From positions 1 through 62,660 of the forward strand of contig JAEMSA010000004.1 in the NCBI GenBank assembly GCA_016463095.1: a stretch of 62,660 bases of DNA, read 5' to 3'. Both the position numbers and the translations under genes were made by a program. The notes below the pieces were generated by a model. It made no database searches, had not been told where the DNA came from, and was given only the letters and a program-made list of their open reading frames with translations. This document shows positions 41,535 to 55,233 of the stretch, piece by piece. The stretch comes from Candidatus Nanopelagicales bacterium. Lineage in GTDB: Bacteria; Actinomycetota; Actinomycetes; S36-B12; UBA5976. Each line of letters begins with the position of its first letter. Position 1 is the stretch's first letter.

Positions 41535-42800
41535 ATGGGTAACAGCACATTTTGGGGTCCAGATTGGGATTCTCTTCAAAACCAAGATCCAGAAATTGCG
41601 TCTTTATTACTTAAAGAATTAGAACGAGCTCGTGGCGGTTTGCAATTAATTGCCAGTGAAAATTTTACTTCCCCTGCAGTGTTAGCAGCTTTAGGAAGTA
41701 CTTTCAGTAATAAATATGCCGAAGGTTATCCTGGCAAACGTTATTACGGTGGATGTTCAGTTGTTGATGAAGCAGAAGTTATTGGAATTGAAAGAGCTAA
41801 AAAACTTTTTGAGGCAGATCATGCAAACCTGCAACCACATTCTGGGGCAAGTGCCAACATTGCAGTTTATGGTGCTTTCACCAAACCTGGTGACACAGTT
41901 TTGGCAATGAGTCTTGCTCAAGGTGGACACTTAACTCACGGATCTCCAGTAAGTTTTTCTGGTAAATGGTTTAACCCAGTTGGTTATTCAGTTGATCCCA
42001 AAACAGAATTAATTGATTATGACAATGTGCGTGATTTAGCAAAACAACACAAACCAAAAATGATTGTCGCAGGAGCAACTGCTTATCCTCGTTTAGTTGA
42101 TTTCAAATTAATGCGTGAAATTGCTGATGAAGTAGGCGCAATTCTTTGGGTGGATGCAGCACATTTCATTGGCTTAGTTGCAGGTAAAGCAATTCCAAGT
42201 CCTGTTCCTTATGCTGACGTTGTTTCATTTACAACTCATAAAGTTTTGCGTGGACCACGTGGCGGAATGATTGTGTGTAAAGCACAACATGCTCAAGCAA
42301 TTGATAAAGCAGTATTTCCAATGATGCAAGGTGGCCCATTAATGCATGGTGTTGCTGCAAAAGCAGTCGCACTTAAAGAATGTGCCACACCTGAATATCA
42401 GCAATACACAAAGAATGTAATTACTAATGCGCAAGCTTTATCTGAAGGATTAAAAGCCGAGGGTATGCGACCAGTAAGTGGTGGCACAGATACTCATCTT
42501 GTGTTGCTTGATTTAACACCACTTGGTGTTAACGGAAAAGATGCTGAGAAGCGTTGCGATGCGTCGCGAATTACTTTAAATAAGAATCCAATTCCAAATG
42601 ATCCACTGCCACCAATGACTGCAAGTGGTATCAGAGTTGGTTCACCATCTGTTACTACCCAAGGAATGGGTGTAGCTGAAATGAGGCAGGTTGCTTCATT
42701 TATTGCTCAAGCTGTGAAGAGTGAATCAGGTCATGACAAGATTGCTGATGAAGTTAACAAACTTTGCAAAGCATTTCCCGCTTACCCACAAAGTAAATAA
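41535..42800 (+). CDS. glyA: serine hydroxymethyltransferase
   Basis: LIASENFTS, YAEGYPGKRYYGG and PLP-lysine motif TTHKVLRGPRGG. Confidence 0.95.
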   Translation: MGNSTFWGPDWDSLQNQDPEIASLLLKELERARGGLQLIASENFTSPAVLAALGSTFSNKYAEGYPGKRYYGGCSVVDEAEVIGIERAKKLFEADHANLQPHSGASANIAVYGAFTKPGDTVLAMSLAQGGHLTHGSPVSFSGKWFNPVGYSVDPKTELIDYDNVRDLAKQHKPKMIVAGATAYPRLVDFKLMREIADEVGAILWVDAAHFIGLVAGKAIPSPVPYADVVSFTTHKVLRGPRGGMIVCKAQHAQAIDKAVFPMMQGGPLMHGVAAKAVALKECATPEYQQYTKNVITNAQALSEGLKAEGMRPVSGGTDTHLVLLDLTPLGVNGKDAEKRCDASRITLNKNPIPNDPLPPMTASGIRVGSPSVTTQGMGVAEMRQVASFIAQAVKSESGHDKIADEVNKLCKAFPAYPQSK

Positions 42801-42822
42801 CTAATAAGAAAGTAGTAAAACT

Positions 42823-43926
42823 TTGCGCGAGTATTTGTTAGTACTCTTGGCGACTGCTTTCATTACCTATTTAACAACTCCCATTGCGCGATACTTTGCG
42901 CTTCGTTTCGGTTTCATGGCCAAAGTTCGCGATAGAGATGTGCATGATCGTCCAATTCCACGTTTAGGTGGATTAGCAATGGTGGCAGGGTTATTAGCAG
43001 GACTTTCTCTTGCTTCGCAATTACCTTTAATTAGTAATGTTTTTAAAGACGGCAGCCAAATAAGAGCATTACTGGCTGGTGCAGGAATTTTGGTTTTGTT
43101 AGGTGTTATTGATGATAAATGGTCAATTGATGGCCCAGTTAAATTAGCGGGACAAACTCTTGCCGCAGCGGTAATGGCATCGCAAGGAATTTCTTTGATT
43201 TGGTTGCCACTGCCTTTTGTGCAAGGAACATTAAGTCTTGATCCTTTAACTGGAGTTTTATTAACCGTGTTAATTGTGTTAATCACAGTCAATGCAGTGA
43301 ACTTTGTGGACGGCTTAGATGGTTTAGCTGCCGGAGTTGTTGGTTTAGGGGCTGCTGCATTCTTTGCTTACAGTTATTTGTTGAGTGTGGAATACGGTTT
43401 CTCTCGAGCTACCTTGCCTACTTTAATTTCTGCACTATTAGTGGGTATGACTTTAGGGTTCTTACCGCACAATATGTTTCCGGCGCGAGTGTTCATGGGT
43501 GATACCGGATCAATGTTGATTGGCTTAATGTTGGCCGCTTGTGCCATTACCTTGACAGGGCAAACCGATCCAGGTGCACTGGAATTAACTTCAGTATTAC
43601 CAAGCTTTTTGCTTATTCTTTTGCCATTAGCAGTCATTGCTGTTCCACTATTTGATTTAGCTTTAGCGGTGATGAGAAGAACTAGAAGGGGAGCAAATAT
43701 TTTTACTCCCGACAAAGAACATTTACATCATCGTTTATTAGAAAGAGGACACTCTCATAGAAGAGCTGTGATGTTGATGTATGCCGGTACTGCGCTCTTG
43801 GCTTTTGCCACCGTTAGCACTGCATTTATTCCTTTTCTGTATTCACTGTCAGCCCTTATTGCAGGTTTAGCGTCGTTGATTTATTTTGGAAGAAGAAGAG
43901 AATCCCAGAAAGTGGTTGTGGTTTAA
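42823..43926 (+). CDS. MraY/WecA-family polyprenyl-phosphate GlcNAc-1-phosphate transferase (Rfe-like)
   Basis: 11-TM protein with IDDKW, NAVNFVDGLDGLA and MGDTGS motifs. It lies directly upstream of the atp operon, as rfe does in mycobacteria. Confidence 0.85.
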   Translation: MREYLLVLLATAFITYLTTPIARYFALRFGFMAKVRDRDVHDRPIPRLGGLAMVAGLLAGLSLASQLPLISNVFKDGSQIRALLAGAGILVLLGVIDDKWSIDGPVKLAGQTLAAAVMASQGISLIWLPLPFVQGTLSLDPLTGVLLTVLIVLITVNAVNFVDGLDGLAAGVVGLGAAAFFAYSYLLSVEYGFSRATLPTLISALLVGMTLGFLPHNMFPARVFMGDTGSMLIGLMLAACAITLTGQTDPGALELTSVLPSFLLILLPLAVIAVPLFDLALAVMRRTRRGANIFTPDKEHLHHRLLERGHSHRRAVMLMYAGTALLAFATVSTAFIPFLYSLSALIAGLASLIYFGRRRESQKVVVV

Positions 43927-44352
43927 ATGACAATTGAAAACAAAATCATTTTGTCGGGGTTGATTCCCACCACAGTGGTTGGAATTCTTTTTGCAATAGG
44001 TTCAACAATTTTCACAGACGCACAAGCAGGTTATGCGGCTTTGGGTGGAATGGCTTTAACTTTGGTGTTTTTTGTGTTTGGCCAATACATCATTGGTCGG
44101 GTGCTGTTAACTAAGCCTGAAATTGGTTTAGGGGTAGCCATGATCGTTTACTTAACTCAATTAATTGTGTTACTTGTGTTAATAAAGTTACTAAGAGATG
44201 CGCCCTGGCTGGATGGAAAGAGCTTTGGCATCTCAATTCTTGCCTCCACACTTTCCTGGACCGCCGGTTCGGTTTGGGTGATGGCAAAACACAAAAATGT
44301 GGTCATCGAACCTGTATCCCCCCAGGCTTTGAAGTTGTCAAAAGACGACTAG
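43927..44352 (+). CDS. hypothetical membrane protein preceding the atp operon
   Basis: 141 aa and 4 TM helices. The start abuts the upstream stop. It occupies the position of Rv1303-type ORFs. Confidence 0.55.
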   Translation: MTIENKIILSGLIPTTVVGILFAIGSTIFTDAQAGYAALGGMALTLVFFVFGQYIIGRVLLTKPEIGLGVAMIVYLTQLIVLLVLIKLLRDAPWLDGKSFGISILASTLSWTAGSVWVMAKHKNVVIEPVSPQALKLSKDD

Positions 44353-44362
44353 CCTTTTATCG

Positions 44363-44578
44363 GTGAGCGAACAGCAAAACTTTCGAACCCGAAAATCAAC
44401 ATCAGATGATCCATGGGCAATCTTTGGACGTCTAGTCTCCGGAATATTAATTTACGGTGGACTTGGTTGGTTAATCGGAAGTTGGTTAAATAAAGTTGAA
44501 ATGTTTGTCGCTGCTGGAGTAATTCTAGGAATTTCTTTAGCGCTTTACATGACTTTTAAACAATTAAGTCTCAAGTAA
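44363..44578 (+). CDS. AtpZ/AtpI-like small membrane protein
   Basis: 71 aa and 2 TM helices. DPWAIFGRLVSGILIYGGLGWLIG resembles the AtpZ/AtpI family. GTG start. Confidence 0.6.
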   Translation: MSEQQNFRTRKSTSDDPWAIFGRLVSGILIYGGLGWLIGSWLNKVEMFVAAGVILGISLALYMTFKQLSLK

Positions 44579-44615
44579 TAAGAAAGGTAAGTAAATAAAG
44601 TGAAGCCAAACAAAG

Positions 44616-45760
<1,145 letters not shown>

Positions 45761-45782
45761 CTAACAAACCAAAAACTGGAGT

Positions 45783-46334
45783 GTGAATATGAACTGGATC
45801 CTCGCAGCAGAGGGTGCAGAAAGCGGTAGCAATGTTTTGTTACCACCGACCTATGAGTTAATCATTGGTTCTATTGCTTTCTTTGTGATCTTCTTTGCTC
45901 TTTCTAAGTTTGCTTTGCCAAACATTAGAAAGACTTTGGAAGCTCGTACAGAATCAATTGAAGGTGGAATTGCTAAAGCTGAGAAGTTGCAACAAGAAGC
46001 ATCAATTACTTTGGCTCAATATCGCCAACAGTTATCTGATGCCAGAAGCGAAGCAGCAAAAATACGTTCCGCTGCTGAAGCTGAGCGAACTAATCTAATT
46101 AATGAAGCCAGAAACGAAGCTCAAGCTGTTGCACAAACTGTTACTCAACAAGCAAATGCTCAAATCGAAGCAGAAAAATCAAAAGCGGTTAATGAACTAC
46201 GCCTAGATGTTTCAAAATTAGCTATCGATTTAGCAAGCAAAATCGTTGGTGCCTCATTGCAAGATGACGCACGAGCAAAAGCAGTAATTGATCAATTTAT
46301 TAAAGATCTTGAATCTGCTGGAGGTAAACGCTAA
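45783..46334 (+). CDS. atpF: F0F1 ATP synthase subunit b
   Basis: A single N-terminal TM helix is followed by a long Ala/Glu/Lys-rich coiled coil. Operon position fits. Confidence 0.88.
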   Translation: MNMNWILAAEGAESGSNVLLPPTYELIIGSIAFFVIFFALSKFALPNIRKTLEARTESIEGGIAKAEKLQQEASITLAQYRQQLSDARSEAAKIRSAAEAERTNLINEARNEAQAVAQTVTQQANAQIEAEKSKAVNELRLDVSKLAIDLASKIVGASLQDDARAKAVIDQFIKDLESAGGKR

Positions 46335-47141
46335 ATGTTAGGTGCCAGCAAGAACGCTTACCAGTCATTAATCAAACTTGTGGATTCCAATAAGAATCTG
46401 CATTCATTTGAAAACGGCGAAAGCATTCTTTTGTTGGCCGATGCCATCACCGGTAGCAAAACTCTTTTGACAACATTGACTGATTCAGGAATTTCACCTG
46501 AAGCAAGAGCAGGTGTTGCTAAAGATGTTTTGGCCAAGATTGGTACTAATGACGCAGTTTCATTAATTGCTGAAGCTGTGAAAATGCGTTGGAGTCAAAC
46601 CCAAGATTTAGTGCAAGGTTTGGAAGCAAGTGGTGCTAGAGCACTATTTGCAGCCAGTGAAGTCAAAAATGAACTAGATCGAGTGGAAGATGAAGTATTT
46701 GCATTTGAGCGAGCAATAGCAGCAAGTGGTGAACTTGAACTATTACTTGCCGATCCTAATATGACAACTTCTGCTAGAAATAGTGTGATTAATGATTTAG
46801 TGGGCAAAACATTTAGTGCCACCTCAATCTTGTTAGTAAATCACGCCATAAGTCATCGCCATGGAAGATCAATTACTTCCACTTTGGGTGATTTACAAAA
46901 ACTAGCTGCGGCAAGACGTGGTCGTGTCTTAGCTGAAGTGACAAGTGCGATTGCTTTATCAACAGACCAAGAACAAAGACTCACAACTGCATTAACTGCT
47001 ATTTACAAGCAGGAAGTGCAAGTACAAGTTGTGATTGATAAAAAAGTTATCGGTGGAGTAGCTGTGCGTGTTGGCGATGAAGTAATCGATGGCACAGTGG
47101 CAAACCGTTTAGCTCAAGTAAGACGCCAGCTCGCTGGTTAA
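46335..47141 (+). CDS. atpH: F0F1 ATP synthase subunit delta (extended, internally duplicated N-terminal domain)
   Basis: OSCP-like C-terminus IGGVAVRVGDEVIDGTVANRL. It is 268 aa, against about 180 aa for typical delta subunits. Confidence 0.85.
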   Translation: MLGASKNAYQSLIKLVDSNKNLHSFENGESILLLADAITGSKTLLTTLTDSGISPEARAGVAKDVLAKIGTNDAVSLIAEAVKMRWSQTQDLVQGLEASGARALFAASEVKNELDRVEDEVFAFERAIAASGELELLLADPNMTTSARNSVINDLVGKTFSATSILLVNHAISHRHGRSITSTLGDLQKLAAARRGRVLAEVTSAIALSTDQEQRLTTALTAIYKQEVQVQVVIDKKVIGGVAVRVGDEVIDGTVANRLAQVRRQLAG

Positions 47142-47213
47142 AACCAAAAACTTCCTGCTGTTGCAAAGTTTGCAAGAGCAGATTAAAGAAAAAGTAGAAA
47201 GGCAGTATCAAAG

Positions 47214-48848
47214 ATGACCGAACTCCAGATCAAACCTGAAGATATCCGGAGTGCAATCGAGCGCAACGTTGCCAATTTCAATCCGAAAACTTCCAAGGAT
47301 GAAGTAGGACGTGTAGCTGAAACCGGTGACGGTATTGCCCGCGTTGAAGGATTGCCATCAGCAATGACAAGTGAATTACTTGAATTTGAAGGCGGACTAT
47401 TAGGTGTAGCTCTTAACTTAGACGTTTCAGAAATCGGCGCTGTGCTTTTAGGAGATCCTTCAGGTATCCAAGAAGGACAAGAAGTAAGACGAACTGGTCG
47501 TGTTTTAGAAGTTCCAGTGGGAGATGCGTTCTTAGGAAGAACTGTTGATCCACTAGGAAATCCAATTGATGGTTTAGGTGCAATCAAAGCAAGTGCACAA
47601 CGTGCTCTTGAATTACAGGCACCAACAGTAGTTGAACGCCAACCTGTTAAAGAACCACTTGAATTCGGTATCAAAGCAGTAGATGCAATGACTGCAGTGG
47701 GTCGTGGACAACGCCAATTAATCATTGGTGATCGCGGAACTGGCAAAACTGCATTAGCAATTGATGCGATTATTAACCAAAAACAAAACTGGCTATCAGG
47801 AGATCCTAAGAAACAAGTTCGCTGTATTTATGTAGCGATTGGTCAAAAAGGTTCAACTATTGCGTCCGTTAGAGCAACGCTAGAAAAATATGGTGCACTT
47901 GAATACACCACCATTGTGGCTGCAACTGCCTCTGATCCTGCAGGTTTCAAATTCATTGCACCTTATGCTGGTTCTGCAATTGGTCAGCACTGGATGTATG
48001 AAGGGAAAGCAGCACTAATTGTGTTTGACGATTTAACAAAACAAGCTGAGGCTTATCGCGCAGTTTCTCTCTTGCTACGTCGTCCACCAGGTCGCGAAGC
48101 ATATCCTGGTGATGTGTTCTATTTGCACTCCCGTTTATTAGAACGTTGCGCCAAATTATCAAACGAATTAGGTGGCGGTTCATTAACTGGTTTACCAATT
48201 ATTGAAACTAAAGCTAATGACGTTTCTGCATATATTCCAACCAACGTTATCTCTATTACTGATGGACAGATCTTCCTAGAAACAGATTTGTTCAACTCAG
48301 GAATTAGACCAGCTATCAACGTAGGTATTTCGGTTTCACGTGTAGGTGGATCTGCTCAACCAAAAGCTATGAAAAAAGTTGCGGGACGTCTTCGTCTTGA
48401 CTTAGCACAATTTAGAGAACTTGAAGCATTTGCTGCTTTTGGTTCCGATCTTGATGCTGCTTCAAAATCACAGCTTGAACGTGGTTCACGTTTAGTGCAA
48501 CTGCTAATTCAAGGTCAATTTGCACCACTTCCTATGGAAAAAGCAGTTGCATCCCTATGGGCAGGAACAACAGGAAATCTTGATGATGTTCCAGTGGATG
48601 ACATTGGTCGCTTTGAAGTTGAATTCCATAACTATCTGGATCGCGAACATGCTGCAACCTTGGCAGCAATTAGAGACACTCGTGATTTAAGTGATGACAA
48701 TGTGGAAGACATTAAAAAAGGTATCAGTAACTTCAAGAAACAATTTGTGAAAGCAAATGGTCAACCACTATTGGTTGATGCAAATGTTGACCCAATGGCT
48801 GTTGAAGATGTTGAACAAGCTCAAATCAAAGTTAAGAAAAGAGCTTAA
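47214..48848 (+). CDS. atpA: F0F1 ATP synthase subunit alpha
   Basis: Walker A GDRGTGKT plus the conserved [22 protein letters not shown] segment. Confidence 0.97.
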   Translation: MTELQIKPEDIRSAIERNVANFNPKTSKDEVGRVAETGDGIARVEGLPSAMTSELLEFEGGLLGVALNLDVSEIGAVLLGDPSGIQEGQEVRRTGRVLEVPVGDAFLGRTVDPLGNPIDGLGAIKASAQRALELQAPTVVERQPVKEPLEFGIKAVDAMTAVGRGQRQLIIGDRGTGKTALAIDAIINQKQNWLSGDPKKQVRCIYVAIGQKGSTIASVRATLEKYGALEYTTIVAATASDPAGFKFIAPYAGSAIGQHWMYEGKAALIVFDDLTKQAEAYRAVSLLLRRPPGREAYPGDVFYLHSRLLERCAKLSNELGGGSLTGLPIIETKANDVSAYIPTNVISITDGQIFLETDLFNSGIRPAINVGISVSRVGGSAQPKAMKKVAGRLRLDLAQFRELEAFAAFGSDLDAASKSQLERGSRLVQLLIQGQFAPLPMEKAVASLWAGTTGNLDDVPVDDIGRFEVEFHNYLDREHAATLAAIRDTRDLSDDNVEDIKKGISNFKKQFVKANGQPLLVDANVDPMAVEDVEQAQIKVKKRA

Positions 48849-48858
48849 GACTTAAATC

Positions 48859-51235
<2,377 letters not shown>

Positions 51236-51242
51236 CTAACAC

Positions 51243-51608
51243 ATGCCATTAAAAGTTGAAGTTGTTGCAACTGACGGACAAGTTTGGTCAGGTGAAGCAA
51301 GCACGGTAGTTTTGCGAACTAAATCAGGTGAAATTGGTTTACTTCCAGGACATGCACCAATGCTTGCTTCTCTGTCTGATGGACCGATCACAATTAGACC
51401 TGTTGAAGGCCCAGAATTGAAAGCAGCAGCACACGGTGGATTTGTAATTGTGGATAGCAATAACGTCATCGTGTTGGCAGAAACCGCAGAATTAGCAAGT
51501 GAAGTTGATGTAAAACGTGCCCAAAAAGCTAAAGAAGAAGCCGAAAAATCTGGCGACAAAGACGCACTAAGAAGAGCAGAGTCAAGACTAACTATTGCGA
51601 TAAGTTGA
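51243..51608 (+). CDS. atpC: F0F1 ATP synthase subunit epsilon
   Basis: 121 aa. It has the N-terminal beta-sandwich pattern (GEIGLLPGHAP) and a short helical tail. Confidence 0.92.
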   Translation: MPLKVEVVATDGQVWSGEASTVVLRTKSGEIGLLPGHAPMLASLSDGPITIRPVEGPELKAAAHGGFVIVDSNNVIVLAETAELASEVDVKRAQKAKEEAEKSGDKDALRRAESRLTIAIS

Positions 51609-51638
51609 GATTAGAAATCCCACTAAAGGAGATCAAGA

Positions 51639-52232
51639 ATGGCTAAGCAAGTTCAAACGAAGTTGATTATAAAAATGCGACAAAGAAACAGGGCAACAAC
51701 TTTCTTTCGCCCGTTATTGATTTTACCGATGTTGATATTTGTTGGAACTTTTACAACCAGCAACACCGGAGCAGTCAGTATCGCCTTTACCCTAGCTGTG
51801 CCTGTGCTACTGGCATTAGTTTTCAGAAATAAGTACCCCAGTTATATTTATGGGTTTAATCACTCATTTATGGAACTACAAAACCGCATAGCAATCTATG
51901 CACTGTATTTAACAGACGTTTTTCCAACTATCGAAAAGAACAGAAGCGTAGTAATTACTTTGCCTGAAATTAGAGGCGGCAAAGCACTAAATCGTTGGTT
52001 ACCACTTGTTAAATGGTTTCTAGCTATTCCGCTTTATGTTGTGGGCATAGTTTATTTACTAGTTACAATTATCTACACCGTGCTTGCCTGGTTTAGCATT
52101 GTGTTTACTGGTAAATATCCAAAATTTGCAATCGATTTTGTGGTCGGAACCGTAGATTATTGGAACCGAGTAAGCGGTTACGCCTTCATCTTGGTAACTG
52201 ATGAATACCCATCTTTTTCGTTAACTGCATAA
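51639..52232 (+). CDS. DUF4389-like membrane protein
   Basis: FFRPLLILP near the N-terminus and WFSIVFTGKYPKFAIDF...ILVTDEYPSF near the C-terminus match the DUF4389 pattern. Confidence 0.65.
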   Translation: MAKQVQTKLIIKMRQRNRATTFFRPLLILPMLIFVGTFTTSNTGAVSIAFTLAVPVLLALVFRNKYPSYIYGFNHSFMELQNRIAIYALYLTDVFPTIEKNRSVVITLPEIRGGKALNRWLPLVKWFLAIPLYVVGIVYLLVTIIYTVLAWFSIVFTGKYPKFAIDFVVGTVDYWNRVSGYAFILVTDEYPSFSLTA

Positions 52233-52247
52233 CATAAAAGACATTTA

Positions 52248-52280
52248 AGAGGGTGCCTACTAATTAAGTAGGCACCCTCT
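52248..52280. terminator. bidirectional terminator hairpin
   Basis: agagggtgcctac-taattaa-gtaggcaccctct forms a perfect 13-bp stem between the convergent DUF4389 and murA genes. Confidence 0.75.
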
Positions 52281-52281
52281 T

Positions 52282-53544
52282 CTACATTTCTACGCGTTTA
52301 ACGTTGGCACCAAGTCCATTTAAGTTTTCCACAAAATTTGAATAGCCACGATCAACGTGGTGAACTTCAGTTACATAAGTTACATCATCGGCTACTAATC
52401 CTGCTAACACCAAAGATGCACCAGCTCTGACATCAGTTCCCTCGACAGGGGCACCTGATAAATTCTTAATTCCTTTAACTAAACAATGATGACCATTAAT
52501 TTTCACATCAGCACCAAGTCTTGCTAATTCATTAACAAATCTAAATCTTGCTTCAAAAAGATTTTCAGTAACCATGGAAGAACCTGCGGCAATGGAATTT
52601 AGCGCAATCATTTGAGGTTGTAAATCTGTGGGAAAACCTGGGTAGGGAAGAGTAACAATATCTACAGCTTTTGGTCTGGTGTGCATGGAAACAATTAGTC
52701 GATCTTCAACTGATTTAATTTCAGCACCTGTGTCACTCAATTTTTCTAACACTAATTCCATATCACTTGGTTTAACCCCGTGAATTGTGATGTCACCTTG
52801 CGTCATGATGGCAGCAATTGCCCAAGTTCCAGCCACAATGCGATCAGGAACAACATGATGTGTGGTGGGAGTGAGTTTTTCTACTCCAGTTATTTCTAGA
52901 ACACTTGAGCCAATGCCATTAATTTCGGCACCCATTTTTACCAACATGTTGCAAAGATCAACAATTTCTGGTTCACGGGCAACGTTGTCAATAGTGGAAT
53001 TTCCTTTTGCTAAAACTGCCGCCATCACAACATTTTCTGTTGCACCAACGCTTGGAAAATCAAGTGCAATTTTTGCACCACTTAAACCATTTTCAGCTCT
53101 GACAATTAAGTAACCGTGTTCAGAATGAACATGACAACCTAGTTTTTCTAAACCTTGCAAGTGAATATCTAGACCACGAGAGCCAATGGCATCCCCACCA
53201 GGAAGGGCAATGTCTGCTTCACCACATCTTGCAACCAATGGTCCAAGTACTGATATTGAGGCGCGCATTTTTCTTACTAAGTCGTAATCTGCTTTATGTC
53301 CAATTTTTGCTGGAACAGCAATTGTTACGGTGGCAGTTGCGAGATCATGTTCTACTTGGCAGCCAAGTCTTCTTAAGAGTTCGGCCATAATTTCAACATC
53401 TAATATTTCTGGGACGTTTGTTAAAGTTGTTAATCCTTCTGCCATGACAGAGGCAGCCATAAGTTTTAAAACACTATTTTTTGCACCTGGAACGCGCACT
53501 TCACCCTTTAAGGGACCTGAGCGTTCAACTCTAAAAGCTTCCAT
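52282..53544 (-). CDS. murA: UDP-N-acetylglucosamine 1-carboxyvinyltransferase
   Basis: 420 aa. VPGAKNS and the active-site loop [13 protein letters not shown] are present (Asp at the position of E. coli Cys115). Confidence 0.95.
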   Translation of the reverse strand: MEAFRVERSGPLKGEVRVPGAKNSVLKLMAASVMAEGLTTLTNVPEILDVEIMAELLRRLGCQVEHDLATATVTIAVPAKIGHKADYDLVRKMRASISVLGPLVARCGEADIALPGGDAIGSRGLDIHLQGLEKLGCHVHSEHGYLIVRAENGLSGAKIALDFPSVGATENVVMAAVLAKGNSTIDNVAREPEIVDLCNMLVKMGAEINGIGSSVLEITGVEKLTPTTHHVVPDRIVAGTWAIAAIMTQGDITIHGVKPSDMELVLEKLSDTGAEIKSVEDRLIVSMHTRPKAVDIVTLPYPGFPTDLQPQMIALNSIAAGSSMVTENLFEARFRFVNELARLGADVKINGHHCLVKGIKNLSGAPVEGTDVRAGASLVLAGLVADDVTYVTEVHHVDRGYSNFVENLNGLGANVKRVEM

Positions 53545-53603
53545 GACTCACCAGAGTACCCAACCAAAGTGTGTAAACACCAATTCACACATAGGCTTTA
53601 CTC

Positions 53604-54176
53604 ATGGTAAATCTCACTCGCATCTACACCCGTACCGGTGATGATGGAACTACTGCTTTGGGAGATATGTCCCGGGCTTTAAAAACTGATTTAAGAATCG
53701 AAGCATTTGCTGATGTTGATGAAGCTAATTCATCTATCGGTGTTGTAATTGCATTGGGAAATTTGGATCAAGATATTAAAGATTTACTTACTCGAGTACA
53801 AAATGATTTGTTTGATGTTGGTGCAGATTTGGCAACTCCGGTGGAAAAAAAGAGTGAGTATCCTCAATTAAGAGTTTTACCTAGTTATGTTGATGAATTA
53901 GAAAAAGCCATTGATCATTACAACTCATTTTTGGAACCTTTAAGTTCATTTATTCTTCCCGGTGGAAGTCCAGGAGCAGCCCTTTTACACTTAGCCAGAA
54001 CAATTGTGAGACGAGCTGAAAGATCAACGTGGACAGCTTTTACTGAACATAAAATTGTTATGACAGAAACTCCAGCAAGATATTTAAATAGACTTTCTGA
54101 TTTATTGTTTGTGTTAGCTCGTTACAGCAATCGTGAACAAGGCGATGTGTTGTGGGTACCTGGAGCAAATAGATAA
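53604..54176 (+). CDS. PduO-type ATP:cob(I)alamin adenosyltransferase
   Basis: IYTRTGDDGTT N-terminus and EAFADVDEANSSIG, FILPGGS motifs. Confidence 0.88.
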   Translation: MVNLTRIYTRTGDDGTTALGDMSRALKTDLRIEAFADVDEANSSIGVVIALGNLDQDIKDLLTRVQNDLFDVGADLATPVEKKSEYPQLRVLPSYVDELEKAIDHYNSFLEPLSSFILPGGSPGAALLHLARTIVRRAERSTWTAFTEHKIVMTETPARYLNRLSDLLFVLARYSNREQGDVLWVPGANR

Positions 54177-54177
54177 T

Positions 54178-54516
54178 TTAAACGCGACCGCGTATTAAAT
54201 TTCTTGCTTTTGTTTCATCATCGGGCCAAACCATTAATTGCGGTCCTTCTAAAGTAAATGCCAAAGTTGCTTTGATGTTATGAGCAATTAGCTCCTGTCG
54301 AAGTTTTTCTCCCTCTGCATAATTTGCAGGATTTCCTATGGGCACTAAAACTCCGTAATCATCTTTAAAACTTGCTTTGGTTGGTCTTTCAATTAGGGAA
54401 GTTTTTTTAGGACTGTAGGCCCAACGCAAAAACATAATTAAAACTAATAATCCAAATCCCACCAGTAACGGAAGAGTCAAATAGGTGGTGCTACCCCAAG
54501 TCATCATGACAGCCAT
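54178..54516 (-). CDS. hypothetical membrane-anchored protein
   Basis: 112 aa with an N-terminal TM helix and a small soluble domain. No motif recognised. Confidence 0.5.
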   Translation of the reverse strand: MAVMMTWGSTTYLTLPLLVGFGLLVLIMFLRWAYSPKKTSLIERPTKASFKDDYGVLVPIGNPANYAEGEKLRQELIAHNIKATLAFTLEGPQLMVWPDDETKARNLIRGRV

Positions 54517-54552
54517 TGTTGCGCATATTTAGTCATCGGGCATCATCGAGAT

Positions 54553-55224
54553 ATGCGTTTATTGGTTGCTACCTGCACTGTTGATTACGTGGGCCGGCTT
54601 ACCGCCCATTTGCCCGAAGCAACCCGATTAATTCTTTTTAAAGCTGATGGATCGGTTTCTATTCACGCCGATGATCGAGCTTACAAACCACTTAACTGGA
54701 TGAGCCCACCATGTTTTACCACGGAAACTAATGATGCGGATAAAAAAATAATTACGGTTGAAAATAAAGCCGGAGAAAGATTAGTAATAACAGTTAGTCA
54801 AGTATTTCATAATTCGGTGCACGAACTAGGGGTTGATCCAGGTTTAGTAAAAGATGGGGTGGAAGCACACCTACAAGAATTACTTGCAGAACACGTAGAA
54901 ACTTTTGGTAAAGATTGGCAATTAGTTAGAAGAGAATATCCAACAGCAATTGGTCCTGTTGATTTACTTTGTAAGGATGAAAATGGCAAAAATATAGCTG
55001 TGGAAATAAAAAGACGTGGCGATATTGATGGAGTTGAGCAATTAACTAGATATTTGGAATTACTAAATCGAGACGGATTAATTGCTCCAGTAGGTGGAGT
55101 ATTTGCCGCTCAAGAAATCAAACCTCAAGCCAAAGTCTTAGCTGAAGACAGAGGAATTCGTTGTGTTGTGGTTGATTACGATGCGTTACGTGGTTTAGAT
55201 CGCAAAGACGAAAGATTGTTCTAG
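54553..55224 (+). CDS. nucS: endonuclease NucS (EndoMS, mismatch-specific)
   Basis: [17 protein letters not shown]-terminus and a RecB-like nuclease core (D...E.K in [22 protein letters not shown]). Confidence 0.92.
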   Translation: MRLLVATCTVDYVGRLTAHLPEATRLILFKADGSVSIHADDRAYKPLNWMSPPCFTTETNDADKKIITVENKAGERLVITVSQVFHNSVHELGVDPGLVKDGVEAHLQELLAEHVETFGKDWQLVRREYPTAIGPVDLLCKDENGKNIAVEIKRRGDIDGVEQLTRYLELLNRDGLIAPVGGVFAAQEIKPQAKVLAEDRGIRCVVVDYDALRGLDRKDERLF

Positions 55225-55233
55225 AATATAAAA

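Noticed and set aside
42867-43292. 141-aa minus-strand ORF
   Set aside because: It is antisense to the WecA/MraY-family gene, whose conserved motifs (NAVNFVDGLDG, MGDTGS) fix the coding strand.
47183-47746. 187-aa minus-strand ORF
   Set aside because: It lies entirely antisense to the highly conserved atpA. Its Ser/Pro/Thr/Ala-rich, low-complexity translation is typical of the reverse frame of a GC-richer conserved gene. It has no SD and no motif.
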